IMG/VR virus record: IMGVR_UViG_3300021958_000049
Location: 12,669 to 76,668 of that record
From: a virus
Taxonomy: Duplodnaviria; Caudoviricetes
Length of the DNA: 64,000 bases
Reading direction: 5' to 3' (one strand)
Below are positions 1 to 8,733 of the stretch, one piece after another. The notes beneath the pieces are model-generated. The model had not been told where the DNA came from. It saw only the letters and a program-made list of their open reading frames with translations, and searched no databases. How positions within the stretch are numbered: position 1 is the stretch's first letter; each line of letters starts with the position of its first letter. Made by a program: the position numbers and the translations under genes.

Positions 1-2
1 AT

Positions 3-725
3 TGGTATGTTGGTCAAGTAAAACCAATGAATAATCTACGAGGATTAGGTCTGAACGGTACAGATGGATACAATTCAGATGTGCAAAGACAACATGTTGA
101 TTCTAGTGGATCAATGTCTTGGCTTTATTATTCGACTAGCAATAAAATAATCCCGTTTACAAATACAACTGGTATCCCTCCTGCAGTTCTCAGTTACTTA
201 CCTGCAAATATGGAAAATCGTGGTGCTGAGGTTAATTGGTTCGCCCATTCTAATTCAAATTTTGCTAATACTAACAAATATACTACCTTTATGTGGAGGA
301 TTTATGCTGGATATGGTGCTTCTGAAGACGTTCCAACACACTGTTATTTAGAGATATATTGTACTCCACCAGCTCACAGATCATATGGGGAAGATTTTGC
401 GGATTCTAACAATTTAGTAGCTCCGGCCGGTAATAGTTTCTTATCAGTACAGGAAGCTTCCGGAAACGTGAATGTTTTATCAAATCGTGGCATTGGTTTT
501 CTGAATGAATACGGAATGCAACAACAAAGAGGTGGATTTTATCCGAATGTTTTAACTATGTTTAATAGTTATCTTGATGATGATCCGAGTGGTTATGTTG
601 AAAGAATGAATTTAGAAGGTTTGCTCACATGGATGGATAGAACTGATGGTTTTTATGGTTCTCATGGGTTTAGTTTATCAGGTCAGGCTACTGTCAAATG
701 GAATAGAGCTGCGAATGCTTGGTAA
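3..725 (+). CDS. C-terminal part of a hypothetical, probably structural protein (frame open past the window start)
   Basis: Frame upstream of ATG 27 is open to the edge (W-Y-V-G-Q-V-K-P-M); G/N/S/Y-rich composition; no family recognised. Confidence 0.6.
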   Translation, partial: WYVGQVKPMNNLRGLGLNGTDGYNSDVQRQHVDSSGSMSWLYYSTSNKIIPFTNTTGIPPAVLSYLPANMENRGAEVNWFAHSNSNFANTNKYTTFMWRIYAGYGASEDVPTHCYLEIYCTPPAHRSYGEDFADSNNLVAPAGNSFLSVQEASGNVNVLSNRGIGFLNEYGMQQQRGGFYPNVLTMFNSYLDDDPSGYVERMNLEGLLTWMDRTDGFYGSHGFSLSGQATVKWNRAANAW

Positions 726-743
726 TAACAAATATAATATAAA

Positions 744-980
744 ATGGATATTAAAAAAGAAGACAAAAAGAAAATTAAAAATATCATAGATAAATTTGGT
801 AAAGTTTATTCAGAAATGGAAAATATTGAGACCGAATTAAAAGTTCTTGAATCTAGAAGAATAAATGTACTAGATGAAATAAAGAATATAAGAGAAGACG
901 AGCGTATTATATTAAAAGAAATGAAAGAAAAATACGGAGATGTTACTCTTAATTTAGAGACTATGGAAATATTAAAATGA
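744..980 (+). CDS. hypothetical coiled-coil protein
   Basis: 78 aa, K/E-rich heptads, A-rich leader, tight packing with neighbours. Confidence 0.7.
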   Translation: MDIKKEDKKKIKNIIDKFGKVYSEMENIETELKVLESRRINVLDEIKNIREDERIILKEMKEKYGDVTLNLETMEILK

Positions 981-981
981 T

Positions 982-1764
982 ATGGAAAAATTTAAAGCTA
1001 ATCTAAATACTATATTTGTGATAGCAATTGCTGTTCTGGCATTTTTGTTACTAAAGCAATGTAATAAGGTACAGGACTTAAAATTAGAAAATAAAGTTGG
1101 AGTACAAAATATAATTGCTTTAAACGATTCAATTAGAACTGTTACGAATAAATGGAACGAAGAAATAGCTTTAAAAAATGTATATATTACTTCTGGTAAC
1201 GAATTAGAGGATATTAACAAAAAATTATCTAATAAAATTAAAAAATTAGAAGGCGATGTTTTATACGCATCTAATATAATATCATCTATTAAGGCAGATA
1301 CTATTATTATGGAAAACGAAGTAATTCGATATCCAGATGGTACAAATCAATTAACTTGGTCATATAATAAAGATTTTGGTAATGGTAATTCTAGATTCTT
1401 AGATGGTAATACGAGGTTCTCTATTGATACATTGAATAATGATTTTAATATATTAGATAAAGGAACTTCAATAACCAGAGATATTACAAATATAAGCTTG
1501 TTAACTGGTTTAACTGAATTAGATGAATCATATCAAATATTTGTAAAGACGGATTATCCTGGAATTACATTCTCTAGCATAGAAGGAGCGATATTAGATA
1601 AGAAACGCTTTTTAAAACAAACTCAACCTAGTTGGGTATTTGGACCGTCTGTTTATATTGGTGTTGGTGTAGATCCTAAAAATGCAACAGCAGGACCTCA
1701 AATTGGATTAGGTATTTCCGCCACGTTTAATTTGAATAAATATCTAAATAACATATTTAAATAA
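982..1764 (+). CDS. membrane-anchored coiled-coil protein, spanin-like candidate
   Basis: N-terminal hydrophobic helix ending LLLKQC, coiled coil, C-terminal alternating beta strands (VYIGVGVD...IGLGISATFNL). Confidence 0.5.
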   Translation: MEKFKANLNTIFVIAIAVLAFLLLKQCNKVQDLKLENKVGVQNIIALNDSIRTVTNKWNEEIALKNVYITSGNELEDINKKLSNKIKKLEGDVLYASNIISSIKADTIIMENEVIRYPDGTNQLTWSYNKDFGNGNSRFLDGNTRFSIDTLNNDFNILDKGTSITRDITNISLLTGLTELDESYQIFVKTDYPGITFSSIEGAILDKKRFLKQTQPSWVFGPSVYIGVGVDPKNATAGPQIGLGISATFNLNKYLNNIFK

Positions 1765-4055
1765 TGGCAACTAACTCAACATACGTACAATTATCTAATC
1801 AAGTATTATTAGAATATCAATATAGGAACCAAGGGTCTACTGCAAATGAGTTTACGACTACTCAGGCTCCATGGTATTTAATGGAGAATAGCCATGATAA
1901 AACGATATCTATATTTAATAACGATAATTCAGTAAATGAGACTGGGAACGTTAGAACTCGTATGGGAGTTTTAATAGATTCAACTACATCTAAATATGGA
2001 TATTTAAAGCTAGATCAAATTACCGCATTAAATGATTATGATCCGGATTTAACTGATTCAGTAAATTTACCGGTAAGTTTTTCTACGGTTCAAAATGTTT
2101 CCTATGATGTAATCCGCTTACATTTAGTACAAGGATTTAACTACGAAAATATGGAAGGTTTTTTCTTCCGTATGGGATTTAAGAATCAATCAGATCAAAC
2201 TGTATATCATACCAATTTAGCTTATAGGAAAGCTGATTCATATGCACAAATTAATTCGGAACCATTTATACTAGGTGGAAAATATTATGCATCTTATGTA
2301 GAAATCAAAGTTCCTGCATTATATAATTTAATAGAAGAATTTAGAAATGCAAGTTATTCAGGAAGTCCAACTGCGGATTTACCATCAGCAAAATTAACGG
2401 GTGGAGCTGGACCTAAATACAACTCTCTTATTAATACAAATTTTGGATGGATTGATAATAATAGTACTATCAATGGCCAAAACTATTTTAGCGTTTACGA
2501 TTTAATATCAATAGATTTACCTGTATTAGATCAATTTAGCGATGTATCTGCTGTTATACAAGATGCTGATGATGGAGATTACATTGAATTATATGCTGCT
2601 TACAACGGATCTATAATTGATAACTTTATTACACAATTAAATAATGCACCTGATAATGACTATATTATATTACATGAATTAAATGTATATGAACATGTTT
2701 GGAATGGCGGAGCTACTGCTAGTTGGATAAAAACTAGTGGACTTGAATTTGTTCAAGACGGTAATTATGAAGATCCTGTTTTATATAGACCTATTATCCA
2801 AAATCAATCGGCTCAGGCGTATAGATTAGATTATACAATTAGATTATTTAATCGAGAAGATAATACATCTATTTGGAAGTCTGCATCTGTGCAATTTAAT
2901 AATGCTTACAAATATGGTAAAGTGTTACAAAGAATATCGTTAGGAACTAATCCAATACAACCTAAAGTTTACAATAAGATATATGAGAAAAAAGTAAACT
3001 TGTATCGAGGAGTTTCTGATAATGTTAATAAAGAAGAAAAATCTTATGCTAAATTCGTAACTTCATTTATTGAAAGTAATCAAGTATTAGTAACGGCTCA
3101 AAATGCATTTTTAAAACGAGATCCAAATACTAATAAAGTAACATTCCGAACCGTTGGTAATAGTAAAACCGAGACTATATATGCTCAAGGCTTGGGAAAA
3201 ATTAATTTAACTTCCGCTGACACATTTTTAAAATTTGTAATATATCAAGGAGATACCGAGAAAATAGTTAAATTTTTAGATTTAAATGGAGTTGGTAAGA
3301 TATATTTAAATTTCTTTTCTAATTCCGGTGATGTTAAACGATACGAAATGTATCAAGACTCATCAATATCTCCATCCAGTGGAGAAGTTATGTTTAAAAT
3401 TCCAGGAGAAGATTCTAGAAAAATATCACAGTTTAATAATAATAATTTTACTATAACTGCTGATACTGGCGAAGCTGAATCTCAATTATATACTGGAATT
3501 TTTAATCGAATAGATGGAGTTGTTTCCGATATAGAAAATAGAAAAATCATTAATTTACAAAAAGAATTGGATGAGATAAACGAAGCGTATGATAAATTAA
3601 AAAAATTATATGATGCTTTGTTATTGGATACTGATGCTTTAAAAAATGCTAATAAAGAACAAAATATTTTAATACAAGATTTACAAAATGCGTTGGATAG
3701 AGAAATATCTGAAAACAATTTCCTAATCGAAGATGACGTTAACGATGAGGCTGAAAAGGAAGCATTAAGAAAACGAATTGCAGAACTAGAAGCTTTAGCA
3801 GTTACCCCTCCTATAACTACTCCAACTGGAAATATTAAACCAAACTTTTTCCCGGATATAATAACGGTAGATGCTGGTATACCAACTGCCTTTATAGATC
3901 CTAGAAAATCTTTACTAAATTCTAACGTAAAACAAACAAACAGTTCTCCGTATACAGAAGATACTTTTTTTGATATGTTTAAAGGAGTAAATAATCAATT
4001 ATTCGACGAATTTCCTAATGAGAATCGACGAAGTGGAGATCAAATAAACAATTAA
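1764..4055 (+). CDS. large hypothetical, probable virion structural protein
   Basis: 763 aa, beta-rich N-terminal two thirds, coiled coil near the C-terminus; TAATG overlap with the upstream gene. Confidence 0.55.
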   Translation: MATNSTYVQLSNQVLLEYQYRNQGSTANEFTTTQAPWYLMENSHDKTISIFNNDNSVNETGNVRTRMGVLIDSTTSKYGYLKLDQITALNDYDPDLTDSVNLPVSFSTVQNVSYDVIRLHLVQGFNYENMEGFFFRMGFKNQSDQTVYHTNLAYRKADSYAQINSEPFILGGKYYASYVEIKVPALYNLIEEFRNASYSGSPTADLPSAKLTGGAGPKYNSLINTNFGWIDNNSTINGQNYFSVYDLISIDLPVLDQFSDVSAVIQDADDGDYIELYAAYNGSIIDNFITQLNNAPDNDYIILHELNVYEHVWNGGATASWIKTSGLEFVQDGNYEDPVLYRPIIQNQSAQAYRLDYTIRLFNREDNTSIWKSASVQFNNAYKYGKVLQRISLGTNPIQPKVYNKIYEKKVNLYRGVSDNVNKEEKSYAKFVTSFIESNQVLVTAQNAFLKRDPNTNKVTFRTVGNSKTETIYAQGLGKINLTSADTFLKFVIYQGDTEKIVKFLDLNGVGKIYLNFFSNSGDVKRYEMYQDSSISPSSGEVMFKIPGEDSRKISQFNNNNFTITADTGEAESQLYTGIFNRIDGVVSDIENRKIINLQKELDEINEAYDKLKKLYDALLLDTDALKNANKEQNILIQDLQNALDREISENNFLIEDDVNDEAEKEALRKRIAELEALAVTPPITTPTGNIKPNFFPDIITVDAGIPTAFIDPRKSLLNSNVKQTNSSPYTEDTFFDMFKGVNNQLFDEFPNENRRSGDQINN

Positions 4056-4069
4056 ATCAATAAACTAAT

Positions 4070-4735
4070 ATGTTTTTAAACGCAAGATCAGATCTATTTA
4101 AAGTTGAATTTCCTAGGACATTTATTCCTAAGGCTATTAAGGATAAGTATGCACAATATGTTTTTAGAATGCCAACGATGATTAATGATGTTACGGATTT
4201 GGTTAATTATACAATACAAACTGTTACGATTCCTACTATGAATTATACTCCAGTTGAGCAGGTAAAGCCAGATGTCAAGAATCCTTTACAACAAAGTACA
4301 ACTAATCCAAATTCTTTAGGAACTTCTACAACTGATTCAGGTAGAAATCGAAGATGGAGATCTTCCGCTAATTATCAAGAAATATTTACTAAGGAATTTA
4401 CAGTAACATTTCAATTAGTAGATGGACATGTAAATTATTGGATACTTCTTGATACCTTGCTATACTATTATGATCCTACTACAAAGACAAGATTTAACGA
4501 AAATATACCTGTGAGAATATTAGATGCAGAGGGTAATTTAATGTTTACTGCTATGTTTATGGATTGTTTATTTACTGGTTTAAGTGAATATCAATTATCT
4601 TACTCAGATTTATCACAGGAATTTAAAACCTTCGATGCAACATTCCAATATAATACGTTAGACTTAGATTTATTACCTACTAATCGAGTAAACAAAGATA
4701 AATTTCAGGTAGGTGCAACCGCAACATTTAAATAG
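4070..4735 (+). CDS. tail-tube-fold protein (T4 gp19/gp3/gp54-like paralog)
   Basis: Pattern F.V.F...VT.P...EFTVTF.L...WI...ILD..G......F..C...LSEYQLSYS...F.ATFQY typical of tube-fold proteins. Confidence 0.65.
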   Translation: MFLNARSDLFKVEFPRTFIPKAIKDKYAQYVFRMPTMINDVTDLVNYTIQTVTIPTMNYTPVEQVKPDVKNPLQQSTTNPNSLGTSTTDSGRNRRWRSSANYQEIFTKEFTVTFQLVDGHVNYWILLDTLLYYYDPTTKTRFNENIPVRILDAEGNLMFTAMFMDCLFTGLSEYQLSYSDLSQEFKTFDATFQYNTLDLDLLPTNRVNKDKFQVGATATFK

Positions 4736-4764
4736 ATATATAATATAATAAAAACATAAATATA

Positions 4765-5112
4765 ATGGAAACATTCAAAGAATATCTCGATAGTCAAAGC
4801 CCTGAAAATTTAGCTAAAATTTTACAAGAAAGTTCTGATTATACTTTATCAGAAATAGAAGAAGCAAATATTGAGGATAGCGTTGCGATATTTTTATCAG
4901 AAGGTAAAGATATAAATGATCTTGAATTAGAATTTACTAATGAGGGATTATTTGGTTCGATTATAGGAGGATTGACTGGAGCTGCTTTAGGAAAAACTGT
5001 TGGTAAAGTTATTGCTAAAGTTCTAGGTATTCAAAAGGGTGTTTTATACGATTTACTAACTTCTCGATTAGTCGCTGCTGCACTAGGTGCTCAGATTGGC
5101 AAGAGTTTCTAA
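4765..5112 (+). CDS. putative internal head protein with glycine-zipper C-terminus
   Basis: Leader METFKEYL, sites ILQES and TNEG, then GLFGSIIGGLTGAALG; late motif 22 bp upstream. Confidence 0.55.
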   Translation: METFKEYLDSQSPENLAKILQESSDYTLSEIEEANIEDSVAIFLSEGKDINDLELEFTNEGLFGSIIGGLTGAALGKTVGKVIAKVLGIQKGVLYDLLTSRLVAAALGAQIGKSF

Positions 5113-5121
5113 TAATAATAT

Positions 5122-5757
5122 ATGAGTTTAATATCAATAGATTTTTCTATTAACTCGACTGCGATATGTGCTTTACATAAAGGTGAATTACATTGGTTTA
5201 GTTTTGCATCAAATTTAGATTTTAACAAAAAGGCTTTTTCTGTTCATAATGATCTAGATGGATTAGGTATGAATATAAATGGATATATCAGAGAAAAACC
5301 TAAAGATCTAGATTATGTACAAGAACAATCTTGGAAAATCAATAACGCAAATTATCTTTCATACAATATAATAAACGCGATTGCGCCGTACGTGAACGAT
5401 GATACTATATTTGCGATTGAAGGTTTTAGTTATGGGTCACGAGGTAATGCATTCATTGATTTGATTACATATAATACATTTTTAAAGTCTAAGATACTTA
5501 GGATATCTAAGAAAGATATTTTAGTATATCCTCCAAAGACTATTAAGAAATTCTTCACAGGTAATGGTAATGCTAATAAAGAAAAAATGTTAGAAGCTTT
5601 TAAAACAAGTGAAGATGAATTACTCCTTAACGATCCTTTTCATAAATATATTTTAGATACAAATTATGGAGATAAGATTCCTAAACCTGTCGACGATTTG
5701 GTGGATGCTTTTGCAATTCTTTGCTATTTAAGGGATGGTTGCAACTCGGATGCTTGA
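5122..5757 (+). CDS. ruvC: RuvC-like Holliday junction resolvase
   Basis: ISIDFSINSTA (D), FAIEGFSYG (E), PKTIKKFFTGNGNANKEKM, DDLVDAFAIL (D..D) match the RuvC catalytic layout. Confidence 0.85.
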   Translation: MSLISIDFSINSTAICALHKGELHWFSFASNLDFNKKAFSVHNDLDGLGMNINGYIREKPKDLDYVQEQSWKINNANYLSYNIINAIAPYVNDDTIFAIEGFSYGSRGNAFIDLITYNTFLKSKILRISKKDILVYPPKTIKKFFTGNGNANKEKMLEAFKTSEDELLLNDPFHKYILDTNYGDKIPKPVDDLVDAFAILCYLRDGCNSDA

Positions 5758-5847
5758 TCTTGGCTTTGCAACTAGAGGTGTCCGGAACAACCGACTGTGG
5801 ACTATACTGATCTTACTATATTAGAGTACCTGAATTAACAGATAATT

Positions 5848-5877
5848 ATTATATGATCTATTAGACAGTCAGTTTCA
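5848..5877 (-). promoter_or_regulatory. middle-type motif on the minus strand, no ORF downstream
   Basis: Reverse complement reads TGAAAC-N16-CATATAAT. Confidence 0.7.
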
Positions 5878-5920
5878 ATATTGCTACTTTATTTTAAATT
5901 ATTTTTAGTATGCTCCTACT

Positions 5921-5950
5921 TGAAACTTTATATTGATAACATTATATAAT
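5921..5950 (+). promoter_or_regulatory. middle-type motif for gp32
   Basis: TGAAAC-N16-TATATAAT. Confidence 0.7.
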
Positions 5951-6021
5951 TAATAACGGTATTCACACGGTGTGTTTATCTAGAAATAAAGTGTTATATT
6001 AATAAAGTAATTTAAAGTATT

Positions 6022-6951
6022 ATGAGCGAATTTGATTTATTCAACTTGTCTCTGGAAGATTTTCAGAACAACCAACCAGATACCGAACGAGGTCCTGGTA
6101 TTTACAAAGCAAATCCTACCGAAGGTAAGGATAATGTCTACAGATCTGTAATTAGGTTTTTACCTAATCCAAAAGATCCTAAAAACTCTATCGTTAAGAA
6201 ATTTTCTTATTGGTTAGAGGATTCACAAGGTAACGCCGGTTACTTTGATTGTCCATCAACTGTCGGTGAAAAATCTATCATTGCCGATACGTATTGGAAA
6301 CTAGCAAAATCGGATTCTGCATTCGATCAAAAACAAGCAGAGAAAATTAGAAGAAAGGAATATTACTTTTCAGTAGTTCAAATCGTAAAAGATCCACAAC
6401 GTCCTGAATTGGAAGGAAGCTTACAAGTTTTCAGATATCCTAAAACTTTGAAAAAATTCATCGATGCTCAAACATCTCCGTCAATTGAAGATATTGAATT
6501 ATCTGGTGCAGAACCATGTAATGTATTTGATCTTTTTGAAGGTAAAGATTTTTCATTAAAAGTTACGCTTAAAGGTGGCTATTGGAATTATGATGAGTGT
6601 AAATTCTTATCAAAATCTGCAGTACAAGTAAATGGTGTAGCAATGGAAAACAATGAGGAAGGTCGTAAAGCGATTATGACACATCTCACAGATTCTCCTG
6701 ATCTTGGAGTTTATTATTACAAAGCGTGGTCTAAAGATCAAACTGATAAACTCTACACAATTCTACAAGATATCTCTGGAAATCCTGGAGAATCTTATAG
6801 AAAACTTACACCAGAGGAAAGCGGTACATCAGAACCATCTCCTAAGGCGGAAACAAAACCATCACCTAAACAAACCGAAGCTGCTGCAACAAGCACAGAA
6901 TCTTCAGGATCCGATGATGAACTAGAGAATTGGTTAAATAGCGCAATTTAA
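6022..6951 (+). CDS. gp32: single-stranded DNA binding protein
   Basis: VIRFLP, CPST.GE, YFSVVQIVKDP..PELEG, FDLFEGKDF.LKV...GY.NYD, acidic tail DDELENWLN. Confidence 0.9.
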   Translation: MSEFDLFNLSLEDFQNNQPDTERGPGIYKANPTEGKDNVYRSVIRFLPNPKDPKNSIVKKFSYWLEDSQGNAGYFDCPSTVGEKSIIADTYWKLAKSDSAFDQKQAEKIRRKEYYFSVVQIVKDPQRPELEGSLQVFRYPKTLKKFIDAQTSPSIEDIELSGAEPCNVFDLFEGKDFSLKVTLKGGYWNYDECKFLSKSAVQVNGVAMENNEEGRKAIMTHLTDSPDLGVYYYKAWSKDQTDKLYTILQDISGNPGESYRKLTPEESGTSEPSPKAETKPSPKQTEAAATSTESSGSDDELENWLNSAI

Positions 6952-6963
6952 TCAAAAACCATT

Positions 6964-6997
6964 AAAGCCCCTTTTCGTTTTTCGATTAGGGGCTTTT
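6964..6997 (+). terminator. intrinsic terminator after gp32
   Basis: AAAGCCCCT...AGGGGCTTTT. Confidence 0.75.
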
Positions 6998-7011
6998 AGT
7001 TTATCAAATTT

Positions 7012-8070
7012 ATGGATACACAACTTACACAAGAGTTAAAAAATACAATCATTGGTCGAGTATCAAATGTTTTACAATCAGAATTTCATGGTGAAAAATC
7101 TAGATTAAAACAAGGATATGATCGATTAAATTTTGCATGTCCGTATTGTGGAGATTCAACCGAAAATCTTCGTAAAAAGCGAGGTAATATTTACTGGAAA
7201 TCATTAATGTTTCATTGCTATAATTGTGATAAACATACTTCTGTTATTTATTTACTTAAGGACTTTGAACAAGGTTTAAGTAAACATGAGGATGTATCAA
7301 CTGTATTAGATTTTATATCAGAAAATCGAGTTGAAGTAAGTTCACAAGATTATTTACAAATTGGTGTTTTCGAAACTTTAGAAAAACATGCAATATCAAA
7401 AGAACAAATATTTAAAGCAAAGAAACTAACTAATTTAACAAAAGGATCAGTCGGATATAAATTTGTTAAAGGAAGATTTTTATTACAACGTATAAATCAT
7501 TTTGCTTGGTCAGATACAGATAATCAATTATACATATTTAATCTAACAAAGGATGATAAAGTAATTGGATATCAAATAAGAAATTTTACTCCAGGTAGAA
7601 CTAAATATGTTAGTTATACAATAGAAAAAATGTACAAAGAAATTCTAAACGAGGATTTAAAAATCCCTGGTATAGAAAAAGTAAATACATTATCTATATA
7701 CTATAATATCATGACGGTAGATTTATCTAGAAATTTTACAATATTTGAAGGACCTACTGATGCATTATTATATCCTAAAAATTCAATAGCATTAAGTGGT
7801 ATTAACAAAAATTCAGATATGTTTGATGATATAAACACAGCAAGATATTTTTTTGATAATGATTCTATTGGAAGAAAAACAATGGAACAAAAACTTAAAA
7901 GAAAGAAAACTGTATTCATGTGGAAAAAGTTTCTAAAAGAAAATAAGATAACTGTGCCAATTAAAGATTTTAACGATTTAATAAGACATTGTTATTTTGA
8001 CAAAAATCCGGCATATAAAACATTGGATAAATACTTTACTACAAGTCCTTATGACATCATCAACATTTAA
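7012..8070 (+). CDS. gp61: DNA primase
   Basis: CPYCGDS...HCYNC zinc finger, TOPRIM IFEGPTD, FFDNDSIG, KDFND. Confidence 0.9.
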   Translation: MDTQLTQELKNTIIGRVSNVLQSEFHGEKSRLKQGYDRLNFACPYCGDSTENLRKKRGNIYWKSLMFHCYNCDKHTSVIYLLKDFEQGLSKHEDVSTVLDFISENRVEVSSQDYLQIGVFETLEKHAISKEQIFKAKKLTNLTKGSVGYKFVKGRFLLQRINHFAWSDTDNQLYIFNLTKDDKVIGYQIRNFTPGRTKYVSYTIEKMYKEILNEDLKIPGIEKVNTLSIYYNIMTVDLSRNFTIFEGPTDALLYPKNSIALSGINKNSDMFDDINTARYFFDNDSIGRKTMEQKLKRKKTVFMWKKFLKENKITVPIKDFNDLIRHCYFDKNPAYKTLDKYFTTSPYDIINI

Positions 8071-8293
8071 AAAATTCCAAGAGTTTGTGAACGAAGAGCT
8101 AGATAAATTTTACGAAGACGCAGAAGAAACATCTAAAAATTACAAGATTCCTGTAAACTTTACGGATACTTCATCATATAACTATAATAATACTAATTCC
8201 ATGTTTACCGAAGTTAAGAAAAAAGAAACTTTAATAAAGAAAAAGAAAACATGGAATAAGAATACAAAGAATAATAATAAAGATCTATTTTAA
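8051..8293 (+). CDS. hypothetical protein (likely start 8051, not 7997)
   Basis: MTSSTFKKFQEFVNEE leader; ATG 8051 gives only a short overlap with the primase. Confidence 0.55.
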   Translation: MTSSTFKKFQEFVNEELDKFYEDAEETSKNYKIPVNFTDTSSYNYNNTNSMFTEVKKKETLIKKKKTWNKNTKNNNKDLF

Positions 8294-8733
8294 TGTCGAA
8301 TATAACCGAAGATAAGCTTAAAAAAATTGAAAACTTACTTATTACCGAACGTAAAGATTGGTCAGAAAAGATTCAATCGCTAGTCGGTACTATTGATAAG
8401 GCACATAAAATTGCTAAATCACAAACATTAATGTTATCATATCGGCATATGATCGTAGATAAAATTATAGAACTTAATATATTACTAGGTAAGAAACGAG
8501 CAAATGATGCTAATTACAAGAAGCTTCGCTATCAATATTACAAAACTCAACATGATGTTAGATTGCAACATAATGAAATAATGGAGTATATTGCATCGGA
8601 TATGTCTTTGAGAATTAGAGAAACTAGTTTAATAGAAAATCAAATTTCTTACTATAAACAAGCAAACGAAACTTTAGATAAAATGGGATTTGCTATAAAA
8701 AACAGAGTTATTCTGGCTACAAATGATATTTGA
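8293..8733 (+). CDS. uvsY: UvsY-like recombination mediator
   Basis: 146 aa helical coiled-coil adjacent to UvsW, ending in the KN.I pattern seen in UvsY. Confidence 0.6.
   Translation: MSNITEDKLKKIENLLITERKDWSEKIQSLVGTIDKAHKIAKSQTLMLSYRHMIVDKIIELNILLGKKRANDANYKKLRYQYYKTQHDVRLQHNEIMEYIASDMSLRIRETSLIENQISYYKQANETLDKMGFAIKNRVILATNDI

Noticed and set aside
5951-6021. T4 gene-32-style autoregulatory pseudoknot in the gp32 leader
   Set aside because: Only a weak ACAC-ggt-GTGT hairpin is visible; no convincing second stem by eye, would need folding and covariation analysis
6704-6925. Alternative-frame ORF within gp32 (also 34851, 49496, 60772)
   Set aside because: Fully nested in well-supported genes, no leader or motif
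7997-8050. Longer start for the 98-aa ORF
   Set aside because: Would overlap the primase by 74 nt; ATG 8051 gives a leader matching the shared motif
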